A stretch of 56,847 bases of DNA, filler included, from Asterionella formosa (Eukaryota), in NCBI GenBank assembly GCA_002256025.1. It is 6 parts of 6 records of this genome, joined end to end, with 100 filler letters (N's around TTAATTAATTAA, not from the genome) between each part and the next. Parts side by side here need not be neighbours in the genome. Positions count along the whole stretch, not along the records: positions 1 to 9,405 come from NKIB01010696.1; positions 9,506 to 18,902 come from NKIB01010701.1; 4 more parts are not named here. The stretch is one strand, 5' to 3'. Made by a program: the position numbers and the translations under genes. Below, one piece after another: positions 1-11,927 of the stretch (the stretch's first letter is position 1; every line of letters begins with the position of its first letter). The notes below the pieces were generated by a model. That model had not been told where the DNA came from. It worked only from the letters and a program-made list of their open reading frames with translations, and searched no databases.

Positions 1-1647
1 AGGATTCTCCATATCCAATTCGGCCTCTTGATGTTGTGCTTGTGGGAGGGCAGGAGCTTAGTAGGGATGAGGGCGATATTGCAGTGGTGTTGATAGGCGC
101 AAGCATTTCATGTGGCTGAATGCATTTGCGTGTGATAGTGATATAAATACTGGATGCGAAAATTCTTAAAAATAATTTTGCGAAAACCAAACGGGGTAAT
201 CCGTGATCATAATGGTATATAAAATTATATACAATTATACATAAAAATTTAAGTACTGCTGTGACCCATTACCGGCAAATTTTGTCCACATAAAAGGGTT
301 CGTATCTCAGTACCTCGACCTTCAATGAGAATACCGACAGATCCACAACCTGCTGACTCCTTTGGTTAACAAGACCTGGAAGTTTGATTCTCGCAAGGCA
401 TGGAAAAGGTGTAGTCGAACTAATCAAACGAATAGGAGAACTCAGTGGGTCACAGCAGTTCTTTACTGGTACCATGCATTTATAGCTACACACCTCAGAT
501 GATCCTCCAACTAATACTAGTGTGGTAAATATTTTGACTATTAGATAGTCCTGGTAATATTATTTATACTGGAAGACACTTTCAAACGATATTTGGATAT
601 GTATTGCACATATTCAACTGAATACTGTACGTATATGTATTACTGGTAGCTAGTACTGCAGATGTAATCATTTGTTTGGTTTTGCCACCCTACAAATGAT
701 GAAGTCAACATAAATCTATTGCACAGCCTTAATTGTGCAATTTTCACCTTCACCTCCAAGGTGACCTTAACCTGCAAGGAGGCTCACCTAATTGAACCTT
801 GAAAATGGAGCCACAGACTACAAGATAAAATCAAATTACTATAGCACATTTGATTGCTACATGTTCTTTCATTGGAATTGCCTTGAAGGCCAGCCAATTA
901 TTTCACTATTGCAAGTTGCCATAGTTATTCTTGAGTATTAAAATCGTTGAGTAACTATGTTTGCACCTGGTATAAATCAGAATCAAGCTCACAACTTGAC
1001 ATAAAGGATATACCGGTATAAGACACATGTTTGTGTAAGAATCACAGAAATTGTGTAACCTGATGGTAGTACTGGTACTTATCTGGTTGTCAAAGATATG
1101 AAGTGGTGTGCCGTTATTTTATGCCGGAAGTTCGTTTTCATCCCATAAATTCTACCATCGGGTAAAATAAGCGCATAATTAATAGATAAATGATGGTGGA
1201 GCAAAATAGCAAAATTTACATTTATGCGGAATGACCTCATTTTTACTACATATGGTACCACGGCCTTCACTTGAAGTGCAGAATGGAAATGTGTTGCCTG
1301 CCGCTCCTAAAATTTATTCATCCACTGTATACCAGGTGCCAGGTACCGTAATTTGCTTGTGCCGGGCATCATTATGTTCCAGGGGAACAATTGAGTCATT
1401 TTGCTTCTATTTAAAATGATTCAGAGTCCACCATTCACGAATTTCATTTAAACGGCGTCCACTTTGCAGACATTCCCACTATCAGTTCTATAGCTATATC
1501 TTATGTACGAGAAACCAAAAAAATTATCGTCATTTTATGCGAGACAACTTTTCCAGAAAGTCATGGCAAGCACACATTTTTGTAATTCGGTTGGGCGAAG
1601 TCAAAATAAGCAACACACATCATACAGTACCAGTAACGCCCACGACC

Positions 1648-2961
1648 ATGATGGCATCCAAGCTTCTGCTCCTTCCGGTCGTCCTGTCCACTATAATCGC
1701 AACATCCTCCGCCGCAGTGTGCACGCCGATTGACGGGAAATACTATTACAACGTGGAAATCAATGTATCATCGGAGAGCGCCAACACTTGCTCTGCACAG
1801 GAACAGATTGCTATCGGAACGTTCTTGGACAAGTCCTTTGACTCAGTCGTTAATGCAGGTGTCTACGCCGGACCGGTTGATTTGCAAACGGGTGTTTGTC
1901 AACTACCACAGCCATACGTGCAGAAGTGCTGTTCATGGAACAACAAGTACTGTGGCAGTGATGCGTGGTGTGATGCAGCCACGTCCAACTGCGAAGGCGC
2001 TTGTCAAGGTTCATACATCGACCCGCTGGCAACTACCACCTGCTTGGCGTTATGGACGACCTGCAGTAGCAGCAGTCAGTGCTGTGGCAACAACGTTGAA
2101 TGCTTCGTCCACGTAGATGGCTGGAAGGGCTGCGAACGCATCGGGAGTGGTCTCATTCCTGGCGTCAAGGAACCAGGGTGTTGTTCGAATGACGCAAGGA
2201 CTTGCTCGACCACCGCTAATGAATGGTGCGACTTTCGGGCTCAAAACTGCAAAGCCTGTGGTGGAACTTTCATTGCGGGAACTCCAGCTACTCCTCCACC
2301 CACATCCGCAACCCACACGCTGCCTCCCACGCCTGCACCCAAGTCTCCGCCCACTCCTGCACCAACCCCTGCACCTACTCGTCCTCCCACTCTGTCCCCC
2401 GTGCGTGTCTGCAAATCACAATATACATCATGCTACTCAAGCACTGAATGCTGTTCCGGCTACTGTGGAAGGAAGTTTATGAGTTATTCCACACAATGCT
2501 TGCCCAGATTTCGTCGTGCTGGTCGCAACCTTGAATCCGACAACAACAACAACAACGTGGAAGACTTGGTGCAGCAGCACATGCCTCAGTCACAAACGGA
2601 ACTTGATGCACAGTTACAAAGTGAACGGGTCTCAAGCATCCCACTTGACGACATTGTCAACCGACAACTAGTTGTCAAAAAAAATGTATATCTCTTCAAG
2701 GGAACAGGAGTTTGCCGTTTGTGCACCCCTGATAACAACGATAGGCGTGACTTGCAGGGAATATCGAATGACAGAAAGTTGGTACTGTCTGATTTTGCCT
2801 TGATTGAGAACGACTTGAAGAAAAGTCTGGATATCTTTCTCACCGATGAGTTGACAAAGACCTTTGCCAATGATCCGACCTCCTGTTTGTATGGAGCCAC
2901 TGCTCTTCAAGTGAGCGTCCAACTTTCCCAAGCTACCTCCTTACCTACGACAACGTGCTAG
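1648..2961 (+). CDS. Secreted Cys-rich / Pro-Thr-rich cell-surface or cell-wall protein (diatom-type)
   Basis: Intronless ORF. Likely start MMASKLLLLPVVLSTIIATSSA reads as a signal peptide. Two CCSx4-5C..WC..NC..CxG modules, two knottin/CBM1-like C6 modules, PTPAP linkers, several RxL motifs and a CRLCxPDNND motif. Confidence 0.8.
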   Translation: MMASKLLLLPVVLSTIIATSSAAVCTPIDGKYYYNVEINVSSESANTCSAQEQIAIGTFLDKSFDSVVNAGVYAGPVDLQTGVCQLPQPYVQKCCSWNNKYCGSDAWCDAATSNCEGACQGSYIDPLATTTCLALWTTCSSSSQCCGNNVECFVHVDGWKGCERIGSGLIPGVKEPGCCSNDARTCSTTANEWCDFRAQNCKACGGTFIAGTPATPPPTSATHTLPPTPAPKSPPTPAPTPAPTRPPTLSPVRVCKSQYTSCYSSTECCSGYCGRKFMSYSTQCLPRFRRAGRNLESDNNNNNVEDLVQQHMPQSQTELDAQLQSERVSSIPLDDIVNRQLVVKKNVYLFKGTGVCRLCTPDNNDRRDLQGISNDRKLVLSDFALIENDLKKSLDIFLTDELTKTFANDPTSCLYGATALQVSVQLSQATSLPTTTC

Positions 2962-3133
2962 CCGGGACACACACTACCCATGGATTTTCAATACACTTAT
3001 AGAGCTAACTATGGAAAGATTTCTTGGCGTTGATGTTGGCACTTACATAATACTCGGGATCGAATGGCAACTAAACGTTAGAGAAAGTATTAAAATATAT
3101 CGTTATGCTCTCGTTGTCAAAGACTGATACTAA

Positions 3134-4450
3134 CTAAATGCCGTAGTCCATCACAAATCGAATAGCTTCCAGATTCTTCCATGAATCAGGAATATACTGT
3201 TTCTCAAACACAAGGGGAAAGGGAGTATCATATCCACAAACTCGTAGAATGGGAGCTTCTAATGAAAGGAAGCATTCTGACTGAATCTTTGCTGCCACTT
3301 CGGCTCCGAACCCACATGTAATGGGGGCTTCGTGGCTCACAACAAGTTTTCCAGTTTTAGTGACGCTCTTGGCGACAGTCTCGACATCCCATGGAAGAAT
3401 TGTTTGTAAATCAATCAACTCGCAGGAAATGCCATACTGAGTTTGAGCTAACGTACATGCTTCGCGAAGTATTTGGAGCTGACCACCCCACCCGACGACA
3501 GTAACGTCGGATCCTTGCTGGAGTATCTCGGCCTGACCAAGAGGGATTTCATAGTCCTCCTCTGGCACATCTTCGACGGAAGCTCGATACAGGGCCTAAT
3601 ATTTGAATGCAGGGTCAGTCCAATCGTGCAAATGAAGTGTGAAAATTGTGGCTCAACCGTACGGTAGACACAAACTCGTACCTTCGGTTCAAGAAAAATG
3701 ACTGGATCCTTGCTACGGATGGAACTCAAAAGTAATCCCTATGGTACCATTATGAGCGTTCATCATGTTGAATTTGCATATTTATTCGTCAGATGAACCC
3801 GGGTCAACTCACCTTTGCGCTCTTGGGACCTCTGGGCATGACCACAACCAGACCCGGTGTGTGGGCCAGGTACGCCTCCGGGCTTTGGCTATGATAGTGA
3901 CCTCCATGACCGACCTTAAATGTAAAATAATAGTTGAGCCTATATCGCTATTGCAAACTCGCATTACATTCCATCATCAACACTTTCCAAAACGTACCGC
4001 TCCACAAGGCGCTCGAAGAGTGACACTTCCACAATTCCATTGATTCCCGCTTCGATAGCGAAACTTCGCCATTTCATTGACAATCTGATCCATTGCAGGA
4101 AATATGTAATCAGCAAACTGAATTTCCCCAATGGCTGTGCCTCCCATGCTCGCGTATCCAATAGCGAAACCAGCGATTCCGTTTTCTGACAGCGGAGTGT
4201 TGAAGACTCGATCCTTCCCAAACTTCTCCTTGAGGCCAGACGAGCATCGAAACACTCCACCAAAAGCAACGTCTTCGCCAAATACAACGGCCGTGGGATC
4301 CGTCGCCATTGCAATAGACATGGCGTCGTTCACGGCGGTGAATAGATTCATGGGAATGGATTTCTTGACAGCAGCGGGAATGTTCTGATTCGAAGAAAAT
4401 GTCCTCCTAGCCGCTCGTGATGCAGATTTGTGCAGCGTCGATACGTTCAT
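3134..4450 (-). CDS. BCKDHB: Mitochondrial branched-chain alpha-keto acid dehydrogenase E1 beta subunit, 4 exons (4450-3998, 3914-3813, 3738-3682, 3595-3134)
   Basis: Motifs [57 protein letters not shown]. Three phase-0 GT-AG introns (83, 74, 86 nt) join the frames without stops. Confidence 0.96.
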
Positions 4451-5288
4451 GATTGATGTCGTCTCTAATGTAGATATATGTATATGCGGTTGTGGTATGT
4501 AGTTCTAAAAGCTCTGGTTGGGTTGGTGGAACATGTGATGGAGTAACAAGTAATGTAATGGAGTCAATTCTCATTCGTTCTTGCCGACTTGCATATTCTG
4601 AGTTCTTATTTTATACCGGTATTAATAGCTACCGGTACCAGGTAGTACGCATGATGTCTGCATGCAGCTGTGATACATCGCCCGATTGCTTGTCGTCAAT
4701 TTTTGTTCTTTGCTGGGGTTGATCATGCAGAGGATCGAGAATACAGTAGACTACTTACTATCGCTCTTTACTACCGGTACCGGTACCAGTACTCCAACTA
4801 TCATAAAGCAATTCTCACGACTGTTTTCCGCCCAAAGATTTTGTTATATCAATGACAGCACGGATTGCTGTATTCGGTTTCCCCGGATAACAGAATTAAT
4901 ATACAAAGATATTCATGTAAAAAAAGCGAATGTCCGACTTGACGTTTTCAATGGTCATCCATATATAGCAATTGATTTTTTTTTAAATTTATATTACAGA
5001 GTCTAAAACTATTTTTGTTCGATATATTCTATTGAGGGCTATTAAAAGAAACGTGATAATAGCATCGCCCATTATGAGCAGAACAAGCTAGCTCATTTTT
5101 TGGTAGGATGTTTCACTCTTCGATTGCTTGCGTAAGCATCAAGCAACGCCAAAAGTCATATCGGTAACTCTCCTTTGTTGTTCTTTTGCAGCCTGTATTG
5201 CTAATTACCTTTCCTCTAAGCTGGTCTTGCACAGTAACCGTTCGGCTTGCCTCTCCTTTTCCCATCGTTTTGTTTCTCGACGAAGAAA

Positions 5289-6254
5289 ATGCTCTCAATA
5301 TCATCAGTAATCAACTTGGGCGCCATCATGATCCTTCTAGCCCATTGTTTCCTTTGTGTCCATGGTCTTACTCTTCGAGTTGGAAAAATCAACATACCCA
5401 ATACCTTGCCCTCGGAAATTCTCACTCCCACCCTGTTTTCTCCACCGCACCAACTCCAGAACCTACAAGTTGGTGAATCATTAAACCCTATAGAAGGATT
5501 ACCTTTTCTTTCCATCAAACGAGTAGCCATGAATCCACCAATGTACATCTTTCGAGGCATATTGTGTCACAACGAAGACCGACAGGGCCTCATTGAATCG
5601 AGTTTACATGCTGGCATGGAGCTTGCAGAAACCAAGTCGGGAGCTGTTTCTCATCGAAGTGGGTCATATATGGCATGGGTGTCGCCGGAGGAGGAAGGAC
5701 GAAAGGATGATGCTAATAATCGAGGTAACCTTGTGGCGCAATTCATGACGAATCTCAACCGTGACCTCTTTGTAAGTCATGATGAAATATTTTCGGAACA
5801 TGTTCAAGTTGTGCGATATGAAAAGGGTGGAAAATTTGATCTACATCATGATGGCTTTGGTCGTATTGTAACTGTCCTTCACTACTTGAACGGAGTTGCA
5901 GGTACATGGTTTCCTTTTTGTCACGTTCAGGGCACCATGGAGGATGACAACAACAACAACAACAACAAGCCACCAGAAACGATTATAGATCAAATGAATA
6001 TGATTAAAACAAAGAGACTTGGAAAAGATGGTGTGTGGATTGTTGGAACGGAGAATTCCGAAATGCGAGAGGGTCCGCATGTCATTCGAGTAAATCCTGG
6101 CGATGCAGTAGCTTTCTACAATTACGAAAACATGATTATTGATGGATCTTCAAGTCCAGTCACAAACTGGAGATCATTGCATGCAGGTATGCCAACGAAT
6201 CAAGAAAAATGGATAGCAACCAACTGGTTTCGGCTGTATGAAGATGAAGAGTAA
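5289..6254 (+). CDS. 2OG-Fe(II) dioxygenase, prolyl 4-hydroxylase-like
   Basis: Q-V-V-R-Y...FDLHHDG (HxD), TVLHYLN, SLHAGMP, EKWIATNW. Hydrophobic N-terminus. Start could be 5289 or 5328. Confidence 0.85.
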   Translation: MLSISSVINLGAIMILLAHCFLCVHGLTLRVGKINIPNTLPSEILTPTLFSPPHQLQNLQVGESLNPIEGLPFLSIKRVAMNPPMYIFRGILCHNEDRQGLIESSLHAGMELAETKSGAVSHRSGSYMAWVSPEEEGRKDDANNRGNLVAQFMTNLNRDLFVSHDEIFSEHVQVVRYEKGGKFDLHHDGFGRIVTVLHYLNGVAGTWFPFCHVQGTMEDDNNNNNNKPPETIIDQMNMIKTKRLGKDGVWIVGTENSEMREGPHVIRVNPGDAVAFYNYENMIIDGSSSPVTNWRSLHAGMPTNQEKWIATNWFRLYEDEE

Positions 6255-6299
6255 GGGAAATCTTGAAATGTAAAAATAATCAGATTTTACTTTATTACT

Positions 6300-9074
6300 T
6301 CAACATGATCGGACGCTAGTTCCAGCAAAGACATCTTCTGCTTGAATGGCATAGAGTGGATCTGGATAGCACAATTGCATCAGTCCAATCAGGCATTCGG
6401 GAAGTTCATCGTCAGCTCGGCCTTCAATCACAAATCCGAAAGTAACAAGGACCTTTTTGAAAAAGTTTTCCTTCATGTAGCAAATCGCTTGCTTGGCCAA
6501 ATAAGGAAAAGGGTGAAGGGAAATATCAAACTCAATACACGAGAGTTCGGGATGTTGATAAAGAAATCCGGTTTGACCAGGGCGCTTAATAAGAACAGGC
6601 TTTCCGTTGTACTTGGTGATCCAAGCTGGCATCCCAATCTCCTTAAGATTCTGCGCGTTGGGAACTAGCTTAAAGCGAGACATGAATTTCGAATCATTGG
6701 GTGCACGACGACACCATTCTTCGAATAACTTGACAGCATTGATCTTCGACTTTTGAATATCGCCATTGGAAGGTTCCTTTGATGGATCATAGTCATCTGC
6801 AGTGATTCTCCTCAGAATGTTACGTGTCTCTGGTGCCATGCCCATATAGATGGTAATAGTGTAACCGCCACCATCGTCAGTTGCTTTTGTTAGCTTGGGT
6901 GGATCTGTGGGGAGAGAGACAGAAATGACAAATATATCTGGTGCTCGCCACGTCTTTGGTTGATCATCGTCGTCAAACGTCACTGTGGGAAGATGAACCC
7001 GAGGAGCCATGTCCGGATAGCGATTCTGAGATTCAAAAATATCGGAACAAAGAACAGTATACAAAGTACCCGGCGAGGGAACCTTCTTCTTTCCATTGGT
7101 CATGTATCCATGGGATCGAATCATTAAGTCAGGGGTTGGCTTCCTCCATGCGGCGAATATGTGGCCATCTTTTTCAGGAACATCAGTGGGGTTATGAATC
7201 TCGACAGTTGTACTTCCAGCATTAGGTTTAAAGGTGGAAGCGACAGCCGTATTTTGAGAGGGTTTGGATGGCGGAACTGCTACACTGAACGCTTCTCGTT
7301 TAGTCGTTCTTCTGGTGACAGTTGCGGCGCTCGGTGTGGGTGCCTTAGCCGGTGTTGTCGCTGTCGCAGTATCAATGCCTTGACTTGGCACTTGCTCAAC
7401 TGCCTTCTTTTTGCCTTCTTTTGCTATGAGTACCCAAAGACCAAGATTAGCGAAGGTAACAATGTACCAAAAATTTGACGCTGTGGTCGAGGAAGCATGA
7501 GAATATACCATTGCCACGTTGATAATCACAACACAAATGTAAAGATCATTTTCTCGAATAGTAACCGTTGGACCAATATTCACTTCGGCGGCAGGCGCCA
7601 CCAAGGTTTCAGAAGCGGACGATGCCGTAGGCGTAATGAGTTCCAAGTTTATTAAATTTCGCGACTTGATGGCTCCAACGATCATATCATCCTCGTTCAC
7701 CTCACTTTCATCCACCTCACTCTCTTCCACTTCACTCTCGCCTTCGTCATCTTCCACTTGGACTTTTCGCGACGACACAGCATATTCTTGAAGCTCCCAA
7801 AGTCTATGCCCTCCAGCAGCCGCCGTCCCATCTGTCTCCTCCGGCGGTCTATGAACCGTATTGCCAAAAACACTAGTGTCGACATGAGTGGGATCTGCGA
7901 TAAGGAGCAATTGTGCATTATATGAATCCACGCTGCACATGACCACTACATCTGTCAGCGCCGCCAGCCATTCCATCTGCTCGGAGTGAGAGTCATGACA
8001 AAACTTCCATTTCGTTTCTCCCCGCACTTTAATGGAAATGGCAAAGGGCGTCGGTGCTCCTGAATGTCCCGTCGCTGCAGCGACGGTCGCTCGTTCCTTG
8101 ACCAAATCCAAAACCCCTCTGGGCGCATTGGGATCAAGATTGTCATTAGGGTTCTTCAACATGGCCAGGCTCGAATTTACATTGGCCTTTGCTTTTTCCA
8201 AATTGGCTGCGGCTGTTTCAAGCCATGAAATCTTTGTATTTTTGCTTTCCGAATCTGGTTTTCCTCCATCGTCCAGCAACAATCCCAATGGATCATCCAC
8301 TCGCTGCTCCTCCTTTTCCGTTTTGTAATACTCCACAATGGATCCGCGTAGAACTACTCTTCGGCGCTCCCATGCATGCAAAGAGAGTTTTCCCAATCCT
8401 GATCGTCGTTTCCACACAATGGCGGTCAGTCGGACCTGTTGTTCGTCGGGAGGTAGCTTCGCCGACTTTTTCAGGTTTTTCCTCTCTGTCAGGCCTCGTA
8501 AACTAGCCTTGACTCGGTCCTTGGCTCTAGGTGACGACGGGGACACCGGTAGGGCCGAAAGGGGCGAGTTCGTTTTGTTTGATCGGAGCACGCTCGACGC
8601 AGACAGAGTCGTCGTCGTCGTCGTTGCTGTTGTCTTGACATGGGCATTCGTCACGTCCACGTGAAGGTTCTTGACTGATGTGGCAAAGGCACTAGCGAGT
8701 CTTCCTGGAATCAGCAAGCTCCCCATCGTTTCCTTTGGCTTTGGGGGACTATCCCGGATGAGCTCGAGCTGCTGGTTGTCTTGTGCTCCAACCAGCGCCC
8801 GTACTTGTTCCGGAGTCAGAGTGGGATTGGCCTGGATGGCCAAGGCCATGGCTTTGGCTGTGCGAATCTCAGCGTCGGCTGCATCATAGAGCCTGGATTT
8901 GTGAGGGGGAGATGTTGAGCGTGCCGCCAACGGGCTCTTGTTGCTGTTGGCATCGTCAAATGATCCAGTCGTTGTCACATCAGATATCCTCCCTTGATGG
9001 TCAGCGCTTCCAGCGATGGAGCCTAGGACTCCAGCGGAAGCACCAGCCGCTGTTCCTCTGTTGTCGGTAGGCAT
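6300..9074 (-). CDS. PH-domain protein with two TM segments and a C-terminal EDR2-C (DUF1336)-like domain
   Basis: Long intronless ORF. PH signature (WKRRSG..WERRRVVL...EQMEWLAAL), a hydrophobic pair near aa 515-555, and C-terminal RFKLV, KYNGKPVLIKR, GFVIEGRADDELPECLIG. First ATG at 9074. Confidence 0.85.
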   Translation of the reverse strand: MPTDNRGTAAGASAGVLGSIAGSADHQGRISDVTTTGSFDDANSNKSPLAARSTSPPHKSRLYDAADAEIRTAKAMALAIQANPTLTPEQVRALVGAQDNQQLELIRDSPPKPKETMGSLLIPGRLASAFATSVKNLHVDVTNAHVKTTATTTTTTLSASSVLRSNKTNSPLSALPVSPSSPRAKDRVKASLRGLTERKNLKKSAKLPPDEQQVRLTAIVWKRRSGLGKLSLHAWERRRVVLRGSIVEYYKTEKEEQRVDDPLGLLLDDGGKPDSESKNTKISWLETAAANLEKAKANVNSSLAMLKNPNDNLDPNAPRGVLDLVKERATVAAATGHSGAPTPFAISIKVRGETKWKFCHDSHSEQMEWLAALTDVVVMCSVDSYNAQLLLIADPTHVDTSVFGNTVHRPPEETDGTAAAGGHRLWELQEYAVSSRKVQVEDDEGESEVEESEVDESEVNEDDMIVGAIKSRNLINLELITPTASSASETLVAPAAEVNIGPTVTIRENDLYICVVIINVAMVYSHASSTTASNFWYIVTFANLGLWVLIAKEGKKKAVEQVPSQGIDTATATTPAKAPTPSAATVTRRTTKREAFSVAVPPSKPSQNTAVASTFKPNAGSTTVEIHNPTDVPEKDGHIFAAWRKPTPDLMIRSHGYMTNGKKKVPSPGTLYTVLCSDIFESQNRYPDMAPRVHLPTVTFDDDDQPKTWRAPDIFVISVSLPTDPPKLTKATDDGGGYTITIYMGMAPETRNILRRITADDYDPSKEPSNGDIQKSKINAVKLFEEWCRRAPNDSKFMSRFKLVPNAQNLKEIGMPAWITKYNGKPVLIKRPGQTGFLYQHPELSCIEFDISLHPFPYLAKQAICYMKENFFKKVLVTFGFVIEGRADDELPECLIGLMQLCYPDPLYAIQAEDVFAGTSVRSC

Positions 9075-9405
9075 TGAGATTGACACTTTAGCGCAGTGAT
9101 GGAAGGAGCAAGTAAGTGAATGTATTGTTGGGCAGGCTCAACAAATGGCAAGCCAACGGGCGGTTAGCACGGCTTGAGATCAACAAATGACGACAAGGGG
9201 CGGAGCAAAAAGTCGTTTTCATGTACTGGTACCTGCTACCGGTATTATACCACATCAGACATCAATTTTGGCTGTTGGGTCGTGTCGTACATACTGTGTA
9301 TTAGTGGATCACTGTTGTAGCTAAGGCGTGATGACGATGGCAGTGCTTCGTGGTTTGAATCATACCAGTAAATATCAGCCATGTGTAATCTCGTCTTCCG
9401 ACTAC

Positions 9406-9505
9406 NNNNNNNNNNNNNNNNNNNNNNNNNNNNNNNNNNNNNNNNNNNNTTAATTAATTAANNNNNNNNNNNNNNNNNNNNNNNNNNNNNNNNNNNNNNN
9501 NNNNN
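9406..9505. other. Artificial scaffold-joining spacer
   Basis: N44-TTAATTAATTAA-N44, with stops in all six frames. Identical spacers recur every ~9.5 kb. Confidence 0.97.
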
Positions 9506-10141
9506 GATGACAACCCCAATGATCTTGACATAGACCATGGATATGACAACAATAATGCCAATGACTCCAACGCTCACATTGCAGGAGTGTATGACAATGA
9601 CAATATTGAATATGAAAATGTTAACGAACCTGATGAAGAACAGACCGAACAAGAAAACTACAATGAATATGGAAACGAAATCGAATTACAAATGATCCCT
9701 GAGCAAGGAGACATCGAAACTGAACCCAGCGAAGCCGAGGATACCAGTAATGACTTTGAGAATGAAATGAATGAACGCTATGGGATTTGCGGTGAAAACT
9801 ATGACCTCCTTCCCAGGCGTCCACGTGATTACAGTCACTTACACACCACACTTGAGAGTATTATCATGACACAACACAGTATGAAGAAAGTAATTAAGCT
9901 GCTTAGGGAGGCAGGTATAGATGCAGTACTGCAGGAGCTCCAACAGCTTCACGATCGAGAAGTCATAAAGCCCAAAAATGCATCTGAGTTGTCAGGAAGC
10001 GATAAAGAAGGGGCACTGCAATACCTAATGTTCCTAAGAAAACAGAAGCGTAATGGCACAATTAAGGGCAGAGGATGTGCAGATGAAAAAAAACGAGATT
10101 ACACCTCCAAGGAAGAATCCAGCTCACCCACAGTGGCAATT
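9506..10141 (+). mobile_element. Ty1/copia pol fragment (INT-RT linker and RT N-terminus), truncated
   Basis: IMTQHSMKK...DAVLQELQQLHDREV...ALQYLMFL..KRNGTIKGRGCAD...SSPTVA is the start of copia RT. It breaks off abruptly. Confidence 0.85.
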
Positions 10142-11762
10142 TGGTGTTCTGTTGCTCGCTTACTAGTACTACTCTGACTACCCCCAGTATACCTCTTCCT
10201 ACCTGCTACTGGTACTCTGTATATATATATATATGATAAAATGTTATTGTCATATGATGTACCAGTACACATGAAGAACTCCCGCCCAAAAAGGGGCTTA
10301 AACAGCCAATTTGCTACCAAAATCCTTGCGTATAAATAATGATACAAATGGGTTATGACTTACACCAGCAATTGAATGGTCTGCCGGTAAATAATTAGTT
10401 CCAATGGACGTAGAAAATATTGATGCAAACAAATTTCAGAAACAACACCGGTACACGTAGTCATGGAAAACAATGGACATATCGTGCATTGAATATTTTC
10501 GAATTATGTATATGCGAATCTGATCATCTCAACAATACCAGACGTTCAATATTGAGAGTGCCTTTGAATTTTATAAATGTACAACACTTGAGATATTTAT
10601 ATATTTACAAATTTTATGACTATATACATGGCAGATATATTTGAAATCGTTATGTCATGTTAACAAACAATGCCTGCTTCATGAAAAGAAATATCGTAGG
10701 AAAGCACATGACAGCCAAGAAAGGAAAGTTTACTTAATACATAACAAAAAACATTGTGGCTTCGACACATTACGCCTTCGAAGGATGGAGTATGTTTAAG
10801 GTAATGAAGCCATCAATGTGGTAGCTACTTGGATGACAATCGTTGGGAGGTAGGACAACAACAAATTGTAAACTAAACTCACATTTCCTTTTTTCTCAGT
10901 TGATTCAACAGCTCGTTTTGATTCAACGGCTTGTTTTGCTTGTCGGGGAGCACGAATGTAAAACAAAACAAAATTGTTAAGTGATTTTGTCGTTGGACCT
11001 ATTCACTTCTGATGGAACATAACTGACGGAATCGCCACGTTTACCTTCTCTCAAAGTTAAGCTAATGAAAATGAATCGGAAAGTTTTATTCGACATTATT
11101 GGAAACCTGAAACTTCCTTATTCAAGAATTTACTGACAATTTATTATTACATACTTTTGCATCACTTGCTTTGATTTGTTGTGTAAGTGAAGCAAGCAAG
11201 ATGATATGATGGAGTGGCGTGATGTTGTGATGTCAGTGTAACATGTCTCGCTAACAAGTCATTCCTTCTCATTGTTACTGTAACTGCAAAGGACAATAAA
11301 ACCGATCAAACAACGGAATAGTCGGCGAGTTCAGAATGACACAAACAGCAGGTAAAGAGACGGAACATTAGTAAGGCATTGCTTGGCGCAAGATTCAGAA
11401 AAGAGGAAGAAAAGGGCGAGACAGGAATATAAATTGAGATGAGTGGAGAGGAGAGAAACATTCCTCGGGTAGCTGTCAAAACAGAAATATCATTGTTAAA
11501 TTTGTTAATTAAATTACGATCCATTCCAATCCTTTTTGAACAATGCTGACATTTGATTAGAATTATGATCATGTTTAAGATAAATTTACGATGAAACAAT
11601 TCACATGATAGCATAGAGTTGAGCTGGTTTTAGGATGTGTTGTAGTAATAATTTACATTGGGCGATCACGAGAACAAGTGAAAATAATATGAGAAGGTTT
11701 ATGATATTGATGAGAAATGTTGTTGATCAGTTTATATACATTGTGTGATGATAGTGTTCTTA

Positions 11763-11927
11763 ATATCATTATATTTCAAGGTCGGTAAAATATTAATAAA
11801 TCATCAAAGTTATAGGATACCTTGATCATAGTTTTGATCCAAAAGTTATCATATATACGAAAATCCTGTGCCACTTAGTGTATGATACCCTTGATCCTGT
11901 ATGCATGATACTTTTTATTTGCAGACG
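11763..11927 (+). repeat. Dispersed repeat homologous to the segment upstream of the Harbinger transposase (47496-47660)
   Basis: Collinear similarity, e.g. CTGTGCCACTTAGyGTAyGATACCCTTGATCCTrTAT...TTTTTATTTGCAGACG at both sites. Confidence 0.8.

Noticed and set aside
6342..9070. Multiple plus-strand ORFs
   Set aside because: Antisense shadows of the long minus-strand gene, with no independent protein features.
9450..9461. Recurring TTAATTAATTAA palindrome as a biological motif
   Set aside because: Always centred in 44+44 N; it is an all-frame-stop linker added during assembly concatenation.
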